Both the position numbers and the translations under genes were made by a program. Of a stretch of DNA of 64,000 nt, positions 1 through 13,050 are shown one piece after another. The notes beneath the pieces were generated by a model. That model ran no database searches and was not told the origin of the DNA. It worked only from the letters and a program-made list of their open reading frames with translations. Origin of the DNA: Octopus bimaculoides (lineage: Eukaryota). The number at the start of each line of letters is the position of its first letter. Position 1 is the first letter of the stretch. The stretch is taken from NCBI RefSeq assembly GCF_001194135.2, contig NC_068985.1, positions 16,999,958-17,063,957 of the forward strand. The letters are read 5' to 3'.

Positions 1-67
1 CTCTAACACAATCTCCCTCTAACACAATCTCTCTCTAACACAATCTCTCTTTTACTCTCTCTTTATC

Positions 68-116
<49 letters not shown>

Positions 117-155
117 CTCTCTCTCTCTTATGCACACACTTAATCTCTCTGTCTG

Positions 156-204
<49 letters not shown>
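1..204. repeat. (CT)n microsatellite and low-complexity tract
   Basis: Direct reading. Confidence 0.95.
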
Positions 205-208
<4 letters not shown>

Positions 209-229
209 TTTCTCTATTCTTCTATACAG

Positions 230-700
230 GAAACCTACACATGTGGCCTAGCTATCACATATGTAGCAATTTGCCCTTCTGTGCTGTTCTGCCAAACTGG
301 CTGACTTCGTAGAGTATGGCTCCAGGATAACCCAGTGTTATCATTGAAAGTCATCAGGACCTGGAGATTCGTACACCCACTCTCCCCCCACTGACCACAT
401 GTAATGAGCACAACTGGTCGATTCCACATTCACTATAAGTCAACACTGTTACACAAAAGTGGCACAGGCCAGGAGTCAACATTCATGCTAATATCTGGCC
501 ATGATCTTTGTGTTCTTGAGATCCATTTACTATGGTACCAGTCTGTGAGTTGACATGTGGTTCACCAGATTTATCTGAGCCCTCAGTTAATTCTTGGTCT
601 TAAAGACAAGACACGTTCTTCTATATCCCCAGCCCAGTTGATGGATCACATGTCTTGCCATTTCTTGACCAAAGTTTCTGCCAAATCTTCTTACAAGGGA
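230..700 (-). mobile_element. Heavily decayed LINE RT remnant (possibly L1/Tx1-like)
   Basis: The frameshifted pieces DW.PI...N..KIMA.ILA.ML and NL.Q..TFN...H resemble NWRPISLLN..YKI.AKILA.RL and LDQ.KAFD.V.H. Many stops are present. Confidence 0.3.
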
Positions 701-3700
701 ATAATGGAAGCTCTGCTTTTTTATTTTCTAAATCAGAGGTCTATCCCTGGTCTCTTCACCTTTCTTGGATAAATTTTTGGGGACAGGGTGTCCTGTCATT
801 TGTGATGCACCTTATCCATTCTTTCTTCTTTTCTTTGAGGTAGCTAAAGTCAGTGTGCTCCTTTTACTCACACTCTTTGTCAAACATAATGTAATGTTCT
901 TGTTGTCACTAAATTTCATGTTTGTTTTTCATTTTCCAGTCAAATTAATATTTCCAATTCAATTAGATCTTTCTTTTTTCCTCCAGTAAACAGTTTCACC
1001 TAAAAAACACTATTTACTTGAAGTTTATCATTGTCTGTATTTTTTGTGTGTTTTTTCATTAATTTTTTTAGAAAAAATGTTTGAGTTTTTTTACATCATG
1101 GACGATACTGTTACTATCATGTGGCTATTTCCGAGGCCATTTTATGATGTGAATAACAATACAAATGACTTAAAGAAATTCTAAAAATAGGGAAAAATTT
1201 TAACAAGAAAATTAAATCAAAAGATTATATAATACTCGTGGTACTAATGGAATGCTTATAAAGTAATTTAGAGAGTAAAATCACAGCAAATGTTTTAAGT
1301 GGCCGGCTATGCATTGGGGAGAAAGTCTAAAAATAGTAAAACTGTAGAATAATAGATAGGATAGACTGGCAAAGAATTGATTTGTCAACATGTCACTACA
1401 GTATCTTTGTAAACAATGTCCTTGCTCTTACGATCAAATAAAAATGACAGTCTCTTAAAGTTGGTGAATTGTAACAGTTATTTATTTCCTGTCTGTGTAA
1501 TATTTATTGAAAGGATAATAAATACATTAGATTACATGCCAGAAATATTCAGTTTCATAGCTTTGCATTTTTATGTCTTTCTACATCCTATTGCTAGGAT
1601 TTTCAAATAATGGCTGTTGTCAAATACTAAAAGGATCAAAGAAATCCATCAAACATATGAGTCTTAAACAAACTGTCTGGCATTGCAGTGTTTTTCTAGT
1701 TTCCATGTATTTTTACTGCTTTCTGTTTTTGGATTGTGGTCATATTGAAGCAATGCTGTTTGGTGGTTTTAGTTAATCATATATCATATTAACTCCAGTT
1801 CTTTGAACTGATACTTAATTCATTAATAGGTTGGGTTCTTCATCATAGAAAGATGTAACTCACTCATAATAATTCTACAAGGATTTGTTTTTGCTTTTTT
1901 TTTTTTTTTTTTGATTGTTACGATAAATTACACTGTTGTCTAGAACCCATCTAGCCTGTAGTATCAGTCCTGTATCATATTATGGTATTCTTCATCATCT
2001 TTTAACATCCTCCATCCTTACAGGAAGTTTGACAGGATATGATGAATTCAAGGACTGCATTGTGTTCCAATGTCATCTTTGGCATGGTTTCTATGGCTGG
2101 ATGCCCTTTCTAATGCCAACCACTTTACAGAGTGTATTGGGTGTTTTTACATGGCACCAGCAGCAGTGAGGCTGGCATGTAATTTGTAAGACTGATCCCC
2201 TTTGAAGGAGAGAGGCTACAGTTGAGAAGACAGCTTCATGCTAGAGGATAAGAGATTAAAGTATGAAAGAAAGGACTGGAATAGATTTCTTGCTGTAGTG
2301 AAGCTACATGGCTGTTCACATTACAGGAGAGTAACTGAAGGTAAGCAGAAAGAAATTTGGAAAGGAACATAAAATAGTTGTGATGAAATGTCAGTGTACC
2401 CTCAAGATATTTGGTGAACAGAAGTGAGTGAGGACAGAAGTGAATAAGGAAGTAGGTGGGTAGAGGTTGTAAGAGTGTATGGGAAAAGTGAGGTATGGTA
2501 AGAGATGGGGGTAAACGTTAAGGGAGCAAATATAATGAATGAAGAACTAAATCAACAAAGAGGCATTAACATGGTCACTCAAGCTACTAGAAATTTTCAT
2601 CAAATCACATCCTACCATCTTGAAATAGAAAGAATAACTTAAACAATATACACCAAGATATACAATAAGAGAGGTTGGTCATGGAGGGAATATTTTTGGT
2701 TTATGTACCTGCTTAATGAAAGATGACCTGAGGGTAAACAACAGCAGCCAAGAAATTTCTATTATTGTTTCTGATGTATAGTCATTCTTATTTATATATC
2801 AGCAAGAGGTTATAAAAGTTATTCACATTCATTTGCATGTAGTTGGTATAAAAAATGAACTTCATTATCATCATCATCATCATCATCGTTTAACGTCCGC
2901 TTTCCATGCTAGCATGGGTTGGACGATTTGACTGAGGACTGGCGAACCAGATGGCTACACCAGGCTCCAATCTGATTTGGCAGAGTTTCTACAGCTGGAT
3001 GCCCTTCCTAACGCCAACTACTCCGAGAGTGTAGTGGGTGCTTTTACGTGCCACCGGCACGAGGGCCAGTCAGGCAGTACTGGCAACAGCCACTCTCAAA
3101 TGGTGTATTTTACATGCCACCTGCACAGGAGCCAGTCCAGCGGCGCTGGACAAAATGCTTAGTGGCATTTCATCCATCTTTATGTTCTGAGTTCAAATTC
3201 TGTTGACATCAGCTTTGCCTTTCATCTGGGTCAATAATATAAGTACCAGTCAAACACTGGGGTCAATCTAATTGACCTACCCCATAACCTAATTTCACTG
3301 ACCTAGTGTCAAAATTTGAAACCAGTATACCTTATATATCTTTTATCTTTTACTTGCTTCACTCATTGGAATGCAGCCATGCTGGGGCACAGCCTTGAAG
3401 GGTTTTGTCAAACAAATCATTCCCAGTACTTATTTTTTAAGCCTGGTGCTTAGCTTATTCCATCAGTCTTTTTGCTGAGTTGCTAAGTTACTAGGATTTA
3501 AACAAACCAACAATAGTTGCACAGTGGGAAACAAGCACAGCACAAACACAAAGAAATATGCATAGATATATACATGTATATGACAAGCTTCTTTCAGTTT
3601 CCATCTGCAAAATCCACTCACAAGGTTTTGGTTTAAGTTCATCTTATTTGATATAAAAGACATGATTTATGAAAATGGGGACTGATTTTTACATTAAAGA

Positions 3701-3956
3701 AAATGTTTTAACTACAAAAATATTTAAATTCTTACCACAGAAACGTTTGCAAAGGAAATAGATTTAGTCAAAGAAACTTGGATATATGCCACTCCTTCAG
3801 GTATTTGACTGACTATGATTGCCACATTAGAGTTCTGGTAGAGAGTCTTCAGCAACAATCCTAAAAATTTAAGCACAATTTATTAGAATTACTTCACTTT
3901 TATTTTTGGTTTGCAAGATTCTTGTTGTGAATTTGTGTGTTGAATCAAAACTTCTT

Positions 3957-4421
3957 GTGTCTTGGGAGGGTCATTAAGTTAATAATAATAAACACACCCA
4001 TTGGTTCAATATCAATTCTTTGCTGTTAGTCAATAGGTTAAATATCTAACTAACTATCTAACCAATTGTTTATTTAATGTGTTGGTTAAACAATCAATCA
4101 ATTGTTTGTTTGTCAAAGTCTTTTCGCCCTTTCCATTCTCTTGTAAGCAATCATACATCTACATATGTACAGGCAAGCATACATACACACAAGCATAAGA
4201 CTAATTCTCACACAGTCCTCAAGGCAGTCCTTGAAGAGAGAGGGCATGTCATTGATGTGTTTGTGAATAGTGACAAAAGGACTTTGACAAAGAAACAACA
4301 TTAAATAAATGATCAGTTAGTTAGTTGGTTAGATATTTAACCAGTTGACTAACAATAAAGAAGTTATATTGAACCAGTGCATGTGTTCATTATTATTGAT
4401 GTAATGACCATTCCAAACCAC
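3957..4421. repeat. Diverged foldback inverted repeat (arms about 3957-4124 and 4275-4421)
   Basis: The right arm reverse-complements the left (AATAATAA...GGTTCAATAT...GTTAGTCAA...AAATATCTAAC...TTTATTTAATG...TTGTCAAAGTC). Confidence 0.7.
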
Positions 4422-4690
4422 ATCAAAATTTATTTGAATTCTAAGTTGATTAATTGATATTACTCCATACCTGTATTTATAATATATGTATGTTTATGTG
4501 AATGTAAATATTGTGTGTGATTAAGAAACTTGTTTCAGAATCATGAAATGCTAGGTTCAGTCTCACTGCATGTCACCACAGTCTTCTATGATAACCTTTC
4601 GTCTACTCAAGACTGCTTGAGTGGAATTGAGTGGACAAAAACAACGTGGAAGTTTATTGAATGGATTGTACTTATAACAAAGGGCCAACC

Positions 4691-4726
<36 letters not shown>

Positions 4727-5509
4727 TTCTCTCTCTCTCTCTCGCACACACACACACACTACATGCATGCACATACACATAAAATGTCTACCTAAGGATT
4801 ACATGGTTAAAAGGATGAGTGTCTGTGGAATACACAGTCATTTACTTTATTGTTGAATAAATAGTTTCTTTGAACAAATCCTTGGAATACTCAACATTGA
4901 AGCTAATACTAGATCTATTCAACATACATGTGTACTTTCGGGGCCTGAGATACTTTACATGGGCTAAAACTGGTTCAGGGCTATTTATTTGAAATAGAAA
5001 GTTATTCAGTCAGTCAGTTACAGAACCTAATTTACTGGTAAATAAATGAAATGCATCTCAAATTTAGAGTATCCAAATATAAAGATATTTCAGTTTCATA
5101 ATGTGACATACATCAACATTAAAATATTTCAATGAAATAATTTTAGAATTAAGTAAAGTCAATTGCCAAATCAAAGTGGCTGTTCCCTGTTACTACTAGT
5201 TTAAACCCAGGCAGATCTTCCATCAGTTGGTTATTGGTGTGACACTGCATGCTTTATATACAATATATAGATTGCAAGCAGGGGGAGTGAACTCCTACCA
5301 TACTCTAGCAGACAACAGGATCATGAGACTGACTCAGTTTCAAGCTGGTTAGCTTATCCCCAGTCATGAGCACCTCGTCACCACAGTGATAGTCGGGGTC
5401 TGCTCCAGCCAGCAATGTATTGTAAACAAAGCAATCATCAGTCACTGATTTGCAATAAGCAAAATAGCTAGTTGTAAAATCTCAAAAAGAGATCAGAATA
5501 GTAATTATA

Positions 5510-5947
5510 CTAACAAGTAAAGTCAATTACTGCATTAAAGTAGTTGTTCCATGTTACTACAAGTTTAACCCTAGGCCGGTCTTCTGGCAGCTGGTTATCA
5601 GTGCGATACTGCAACTTTTATATACAATATATATTGCTAGCAGGAGAAGCGAACCCTTACCATCCTGTAGCAGACAACAGGATTGTGAGACTGACTCAGT
5701 TTCAAGCTGGTTAGCTTATCCTCAGTCACAAGCACCAGATCGATAGCCAGGGTCTGCTCCAGCCAGCAATATATAGTCCTGTTGTCTGCTAGAGGATGGT
5801 AGGGGTTCACTCACCCTGCTAACAATATATATTGTATATAAAGAGTGCAACATCACACATAACCAGCTGGTAGAAGATCTGTCTGGGGTTAAACTAGTAA
5901 TAACATAGAACAGCCACTTTGATGTGGCGATCGACTTTACTTGTTAG
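5510..5947. mobile_element. Long-TIR foldback MITE; a truncated direct copy lies at about 5151-5420
   Basis: Inverted arms of about 170 bp (CTAACAAGTAAAGTC...GACTTTACTTGTTAG), TA-flanked. The upstream copy repeats the left arm and spacer. Confidence 0.75.
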
Positions 5948-5951
5948 TATA

Positions 5952-6423
5952 CTGTAAATCCTTGAATATAATCCGCATTTTTTCCCCAAAATTTGAAGGT
6001 CAAAATCCCTAGTGCGTACTATATACGAGGTTAAAAATGAAAAGTATTTTCTAAGCAATGTCCGAGTCTCTATTTGCTGTCCGGCAATGTTTATTCAGAC
6101 GCATTTTGTGATGTCGGGCTTGTAACTGATAGTGAAAAATATGTAAAGGCAATTTACTTAATATTTATTTTTCACTGACGTTATTACTGTTATTTCTCTA
6201 TTTTCTGCAAACAAAGTGCACAAAAAAGCTACACATTTGCATTATGTTATATATACAATAATAATAAAGGACGTTATCGTATATATGTTTACAAACCAAG
6301 GATGTTATATAGACCTCCTTGACCCAAGATAGAGAAGGGGTGCATATTATACACAAGGTTTAGGTTTTTCAGAGGTACAGGGTGGACTATACTCGAGGGC
6401 GAACTATACTCGAGGATTTATGG
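5952..6423. mobile_element. Tc1/mariner-superfamily (Tc2/pogo-like) MITE
   Basis: TIRs CTGTAAATCCTTGAATATAATCCGC and GCGAACTATACTCGAGGATTTATGG, with TA on both sides and no coding capacity. Confidence 0.7.
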
Positions 6424-7948
6424 TAGTTACTACTCTGATCTCTTCTTGAGATTTGACAATTTTAGAATTATTTTAGTTTCACCTTTACAATTTTCAGTAC
6501 TTACCAGTATGATCTGTCTTTTCTTTCTTGGAAAAGTCCTATTCCAAAAAGAAGAATAGAAAAAAAAAAATAGAAAAAAATTAATATAATATTCCTTTAT
6601 TCTTGTACTAATTTCTATCATAGAAGGGCAAATATTCTGGAGCATCACTCTCAATGGTTTTAATAGATGATATTGATCTTCGTCCTCAGTAGAGTACTTA
6701 TTTTATCAATCTCTATTCCTTTGGTTAAATTTATCTTTTAATGTAAAGGAATGTAACTTTTCAGATCTGCAAATTTGTTTGATGAATTGATTTTACATGG
6801 ATATACATGAATACATGTGAACATATTCATTCACATGTGTTCCCTATCCAATACATTCATCTTTGACTCCATTTCTAACTTTCTGTCACTTACATTCTCA
6901 CTCTTGCAAATCTACCCATCCAACCATGCTCAATTATCTGACCCCATTCTCTTGTACCTTGAGAATATGCTCTGACATTTCATCTCTATCATCCTTTCTC
7001 ATGCTGGTGTGTGACTTAGCAGTTCGGCAAAAGAGACCGATAGAATAAGTACTAGGCTTACAAAGAATAAGTCCTGGGGTCGATTTGCTCAACTAAACGC
7101 AGTGCTCCAGTATGGCCACAGTCAAATGACTGAAACAAGTAAAAGAGTAAAAGATATGTATTGTATTCTCTTGTGAACAGATACCTAACTAAATAGCCTC
7201 TGTGTGTTTTAACTAATTGTGAAAATAATTGAAAATTTAGAGGGTTTTAATACTACAATTCACTTTTTCATTTAGTGGGTACTGTTTTTGTCTTCATTGT
7301 TTAACCCAAGTCAACCCTGTATGAGTAAACCTAAAATCAAAGATTTTTCCAGTTGTGACCTCCCTATATTTTTTTTAAATACCACATTATTTAATGTAGC
7401 CTTTGACAGATTTGGCTGCTATTTCTAGCAGCTTGAGTGACTACGTAGAAGATCCCATTTTAGCCCTTCATTTGCTGACATATTAAACTGGTTTTTGGAG
7501 TACAACTTCTTACAAAACGGTTCTAATTCTAAGTTGTAATTGTTTGTGGGTTATAATTTAAATATGAACTATTTAAAGCTCATGGTTTTGGGACATAGAA
7601 CCAGAGGTACTCACAAGTAACTGATAATCAAAAATATTCTTTTCTAATCTAGGTACAAGGCCCAAAATTTTGGGGGAGGAGGACAGTCAATTAGATGGAC
7701 CCCAGTACACAAGTGGTACTTAATTTATCGACCCCGAAAGGATGAAAGGCAAAGCTGACCTCGGCGGAATTTGAACTCAGAACGTAAAGACAGATGAAAT
7801 ACCACTAAGCATTTCACCTAGCATGCTAATGTTTCTGCCAGCTTGCTGGCATGATAATCAAAAATATTACAGGAAGACTACATAAGCCTGCTCATTCCTA
7901 TTTAGTGCTATTTTGTGACTTTTTATTCTTATGTACTTTATATACTGT

Positions 7949-8336
7949 GGAGGCACAATGGCCCAGTGGTTAGGGCAGTGGACTCACGGTCATAGGATCG
8001 TAGTTTCGATTCCCAGACCGGGCGTTGTGAGTGTTTATTGAGCGAAAACACCTAAAGCTCCACGAGGCTCCGGCAGGGGATAGTGGCGAACCCTGCTGTA
8101 CTCTTCCACCACAACTTTCTCTCACTCTTTCTTCCGGTTTCTGTTGTGCCTGTAATTCAAAGGGTCAGCCTTGTCACACTGTGTCACGCTGAATATCCCC
8201 GAGAACTACGTTAAGGGTACACGTGTCTGTGGAGTGCTCAGCCACTTGCACGTTAATTTCACGAGCAGGGTGTTCCGTTGATCGGATCAACTGGAACCCT
8301 CAACGTCATAAGCGACGGAGTGCCAACAACAACAAC
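7949..8336 (+). mobile_element. Full-length tRNA-derived SINE; further copies at about 18505-18780 (-), 28630-28925 (+) and 51885-52100 (partial)
   Basis: A box TGGCCCAGTGGT (7959-7970), B box GTTTCGATTCC (8003-8013), a body shared among copies and a (CAA)n tail. Confidence 0.85.
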
Positions 8337-8584
8337 TTTATATACTACCAATATAAAGTGTACTGTTTCAATCTATAAATATACAAAAAGAAAATTTTTA
8401 CTTCATATAAATAAAGAGTAAATGTTTGTCATGTAGATCACTTATTGTTCTCAAACACTTGAAGGCTTTATCAATTCAGGGCCTATTTAAGTGTACAATT
8501 CAATTGAGATAAGCCATTTCAGTTTTAAAGTTCACCTCAAAGATTAGGGTCAACACATCTCTCAAATGCCTTGACAACTAATTA

Positions 8585-9209
8585 TCAGATCATCCTATAA
8601 ATTCTGTCCAAATTTTGAATAAAGAAAACAAGTGATCAAATGTTATATTTAATTGAAATTTAAGCATCAATGTACTTTCCCTGATTATCTATGACTTCCT
8701 TCCATCTACTTACAAGCTTTTTAATCCCATCAATGTAAAACTTTTTCGGTTTCAAAGTGAAGAACTCTGAAATGTCAGTTTCAACCTCCTCCTGGCTTGC
8801 AAAAGTTATGTCCCCCAAATGATTCTGTAAACTACGAAACAAATGGTAGTCTGAAGGAGCAAGGTCAGGAGAATAAGGTGGATGGGGAATTTTTTCCCAA
8901 CCAAGCTCTTCAATCTTCTGTGATGTGATCTTTGTAGTGTGAGGTTGAGTCGCTTCGGCAGCAGAGTTTCCTTTTTTGTACTCATAAAGCATTATGTGCC
9001 TTAAATGTTCCTTGGATACTTCCATATTAGAAAGGGTTTTAATCAAAGAAATTTTAATTCTATTATTCTGTAAAATAATATTTAATTAGTTTAAATGTAC
9101 ACAAATTCATAAATAAAAATTTTAATTCCATTAGACATTCTAAAATACTATTAAATTTCATTCAATTTTAAAAAAGGTAAAATTGGACAGAACTTATGGG
9201 ATGACCTGA
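8585..9209 (-). mobile_element. Internally deleted mariner element with an in-frame N/C-terminal transposase fusion ORF (8660-9046)
   Basis: 25-bp TIRs (3 mismatches), TA on both sides. The ORF joins MEVSKEHLRHIMLYEYKKGNSAAEAT to PHT...HPPYSPDLAPSDYHLFRSL...W..VID..GKY, which contains the mariner YSPDLAP motif. Confidence 0.9.
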
Positions 9210-10139
9210 TAGAACATATCAGTTGATATTCCAAACTTGAAAAGCCTGCAACTAAGCGAAGGCTATAGATGAAGGTGTTCTAATGTTAGAGGTTGAGTTA
9301 TTGTTGTATAGTAACAGAAAATTGAGGAAGACCTACAGAAGTGAGCTTCCTGTGTTAATATTTGCTTTATGTGTAGATCAAAGGTACTTCCTAGGTCTGC
9401 CAATTGAAGGATCGCTTGGAGTTAAATAGTAATAGCAATAACAAATTAACTGTTAGGTAGGTGTTTGTAAATCAATTATTTATTACATGGAGGGCAATGC
9501 TATTTGTATCTACTGAGATAATGATGAAGTAGTTCAGAAGTATTTCATCTAATTCAAATACTACAACAACACACAGAGATAAACACCCACAGATATATCT
9601 GCATGTTATCAGGACTTCATTGTTTTATGTCTACTTTTTCATGTTGGTATAGTTTAGATGGGTCTCACAACATTTCTACTTGTCACAGTTATTTGTTTTC
9701 TGATATACACATATAAAGAACACTAACTGACTTTATTGTCCTCTGAGTCATATATTCTCCTGTTGCACATTTATTTATTTATAGCTGGGTATCTACCCTG
9801 TGACTAACCAGTGAGTGCATTTTATTGAGACACACTGCTTTCAAATATTGTCTACTAAATTTCAATCACAAAACATTGGCCAATCCACAGCCACAGTTGA
9901 AGACACCAGCCAACAATGTTTCCCCCTCTCTTTCACTCCGTACATGCATACTTACATATGCAAATATATGCATGAGTGGACATACAGAAAACAATACATA
10001 CAAATTTGTGCACATACATACATACATACATACATAGCCTGCTGTTGATGTTGAAATTCCAATGACGGAGCCTTGGATCTAGGTTAGAAACATGCATGGA
10101 GGCAAGGTCTAGAAGCAAAGGGCCTCGGAGTTAATCTAG

Positions 10140-10500
10140 CAAAAACCAAAGTCTTAGTAAATAGGAGAAGAGACAAATCACAAATCCCACTGGTAGATGT
10201 CCCTGCTTGATCTGTAGGAAAGGCATTGGCAGAAACTTTATAAAATGTACCCAGTGCAAGCTATGGAAACATAATAGGTACAACAATATCAGACGAAGGT
10301 TAATTGGGAAAATAGTTATTGTGTGTAGAAGATGCACACATTCAATAAAAACAGAAAATTTACAAAAAATAGACCTCATCAACTGCCAGATGGGAAAGCT
10401 AGAGGTTGTAGATAACTTCAATTATCTAGGTGACCAAGTTAGTTGTGGAGGTGGATGCTCTGAGAGCGTAGCTACAAGAATAAGAATAGGCTGGGTAAAG
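10140..10500 (+). mobile_element. RTE-clade LINE ORF fragment
   Basis: PCLICRKGIGRN.IKCTQCKLW.H...VCRRC...LEVVDNFNYLGDQVSCGGGCSESV.TRIRIGW is a Cys-rich insert plus the YLG thumb region typical of RTE RT C-termini. Confidence 0.75.
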
Positions 10501-11053
10501 ACACCTTTTGAGTGTTAGGCCTCATGGAAGTAAGGTGGCTGATGCCAGCGGAATGTGAAAAGTATTTCAAGCGTCTGGGCCTCACAGAGGCAATGACAAA
10601 TGACCACGACCTTTGACATTATGCTGTGCTTGAGAAGAAGACCCATCAAGCCAAGTGAAATTGTAGTCGTGGCAGATTCTGGCAAATGGTACCTGTGCTG
10701 GTGGCATGTAAAAGTACCCATTACACTCTTGGAGTGGTTGGGGTTAGGAAGGGCATCCAGCCATAGAAAACCACGCCAAATCAGAGTGGATCCTGGATGA
10801 TTATACATTTTTTTTTTTTATTTACATCTTATTTACATTTTTAACACTTTCTTCCATCATTGGATTTATCAAAAAATGGTTTAAATTTAGATTTCTTGGC
10901 CTTTTTATATATATATAGAATTTTATGGGGTTTGCCAAGCAAGGGAGAAGAAAGAAGAAAATTTTTTATTGAGAAAAAGGGTGAGGTAAAGAGCTGTGGT
11001 TCTGTTTCGTCAGACTTGTTTGTTTAGTACTTAGTGGCCGTTTAAGGTGATGG

Positions 11054-11884
11054 NNNNNNNNNNNNNNNNNNNNNNNNNNNNNNNNNNNNNNNNNNNNNNN
11101 NNNNNNNNNNNNNNNNNNNNNNNNNNNNNNNNNNNNNNNNNNNNNNNNNNNNNNNNNNNNNNNNNNNNNNNNNNNNNNNNNNNNNNNNNNNNNNNNNNNN
11201 NNNNNNNNNNNNNNNNNNNNNNNNNNNNNNNNNNNNNNNNNNNNNNNNNNNNNNNNNNNNNNNNNNNNNNNNNNNNNNNNNNNNNNNNNNNNNNNNNNNN
11301 NNNNNNNNNNNNNNNNNNNNNNNNNNNNNNNNNNNNNNNNNNNNNNNNNNNNNNNNNNNNNNNNNNNNNNNNNNNNNNNNNNNNNNNNNNNNNNNNNNNN
11401 NNNNNNNNNNNNNNNNNNNNNNNNNNNNNNNNNNNNNNNNNNNNNNNNNNNNNNNNNNNNNNNNNNNNNNNNNNNNNNNNNNNNNNNNNNNNNNNNNNNN
11501 NNNNNNNNNNNNNNNNNNNNNNNNNNNNNNNNNNNNNNNNNNNNNNNNNNNNNNNNNNNNNNNNNNNNNNNNNNNNNNNNNNNNNNNNNNNNNNNNNNNN
11601 NNNNNNNNNNNNNNNNNNNNNNNNNNNNNNNNNNNNNNNNNNNNNNNNNNNNNNNNNNNNNNNNNNNNNNNNNNNNNNNNNNNNNNNNNNNNNNNNNNNN
11701 NNNNNNNNNNNNNNNNNNNNNNNNNNNNNNNNNNNNNNNNNNNNNNNNNNNNNNNNNNNNNNNNNNNNNNNNNNNNNNNNNNNNNNNNNNNNNNNNNNNN
11801 NNNNNNNNNNNNNNNNNNNNNNNNNNNNNNNNNNNNNNNNNNNNNNNNNNNNNNNNNNNNNNNNNNNNNNNNNNNNNNNNNNNN
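11054..11884. other. Assembly gap (other large gaps: 13570-13935, 36859-37257, 43648-44413; short gaps lie inside microsatellites)
   Basis: Runs of N. Confidence 1.
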
Positions 11885-12434
11885 CCTCAAGTACAACAAC
11901 ATATATATATATACATATACACATACACACATAATCACATACACACACACACACACACTCAAAGACGTCTATATATATATGTTCATATTTGTGCACACAT
12001 ACATAAGTACACATCATGATTTTTTTTTAAATAATTAATTAATATAATTAAAGATTCATCTCTGTGATGAAATAAATTTGGAAAGTTTTGGTCTGCCCGA
12101 GTATTTGTCCTTCAGACTGCAAAAAGGAATTTTAAGAAAAGCTATACACAATGCTGTCACAATTATATTTCCAAATTCATCTATTTCTGGTTGGCTGTTT
12201 TGTTTTGAATATATTCTAAAGCTCCAACCTAGAATTTTCTAAAGGAGAAAAAGAACCAAGTTCATAAGAGGGAAAGCAGCTGCATTTATAGAATTTTGGA
12301 ATCTGGAGTGTTATGCAAGGTCCAACAACAAAGTGGTAAAAAAGGTTTTAGCAATGGTTTGAGATCATCTTTAACAATTATACAATCAAATTCATATAGA
12401 ATTCTCATAGGTAGAACTTCATAAAAATATATAG

Positions 12435-13050
12435 TTATGTTAATTTTTGTTGAGGATGTTTTTTGTGAAGTAAAATTCTGTTGTCTTTCGGAACTTTGAA
12501 TTTTCCTTCACATATTTCCAACTGTTTCATTTTTTTCAAGCATTTAATTCTGGAGCGAACTTCTTTATGAAGTGTAGCTCCATTGTTTTTGGAAGTTTGG
12601 TTCATTCCTTGAGCATTTGTAGAAGGGGAAGATTTTGAATTTTCCTTCTCCACATATTTCCAAATGTTTGCTCAGTGGAATTTTCCATAGCTCTTCTTGA
12701 CAGAGATGTTGTCTGTGGACACTTGAGTGTTGGCAAAGAGAATTACTGGCTTCACCAATATAATTCTCCTTGCATTTGAGGCTAGTAATGCAGTATATGA
12801 GGTTTTGCATCTTGCAGTTCATGTTTGCATTTATTTTGAATAAGAATTCACTCTTAAATTTTATGTGGGTGTCCCTGTCTATATATTTGTGGTTATTGTT
12901 GTTATTGCATATTCCACATCTTCTGTCTCCACATTCCTTTACGGAGAATTCTGTTTCATTCTTTGATGTGAATTTTGTAAGTTGTTTTTAAAGGTGTTTT
13001 TCCTGGCCTTTACTATTTTGCAGGTAGCTTTTGTCTATCACTTTTCTCAT
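12435..13050 (-). mobile_element. Penelope-like element fragment (GIY-YIG endonuclease) with a short internal duplication
   Basis: ECGDRRCGIC...NMNCKMQNLIYCITSLKCKENYIGEASNSL...HRQ...IPLSKHLEICGEGKFKIFPFYK shows the Penelope CCHH/GIY-YIG layout. EICEGKFK is repeated at about 12490-12530. Confidence 0.8.

Noticed and set aside
7949-8025. tRNA-like sequence with A and B boxes
   Set aside because: It continues into a SINE body found several times in the window and lacks a complete cloverleaf, so it is a SINE head rather than a tRNA gene.
11031-12017. ORFs of 130-330 aa at 11.0, 13.5, 36.8 and 43.5 kb
   Set aside because: They consist almost entirely of N-gap codons.
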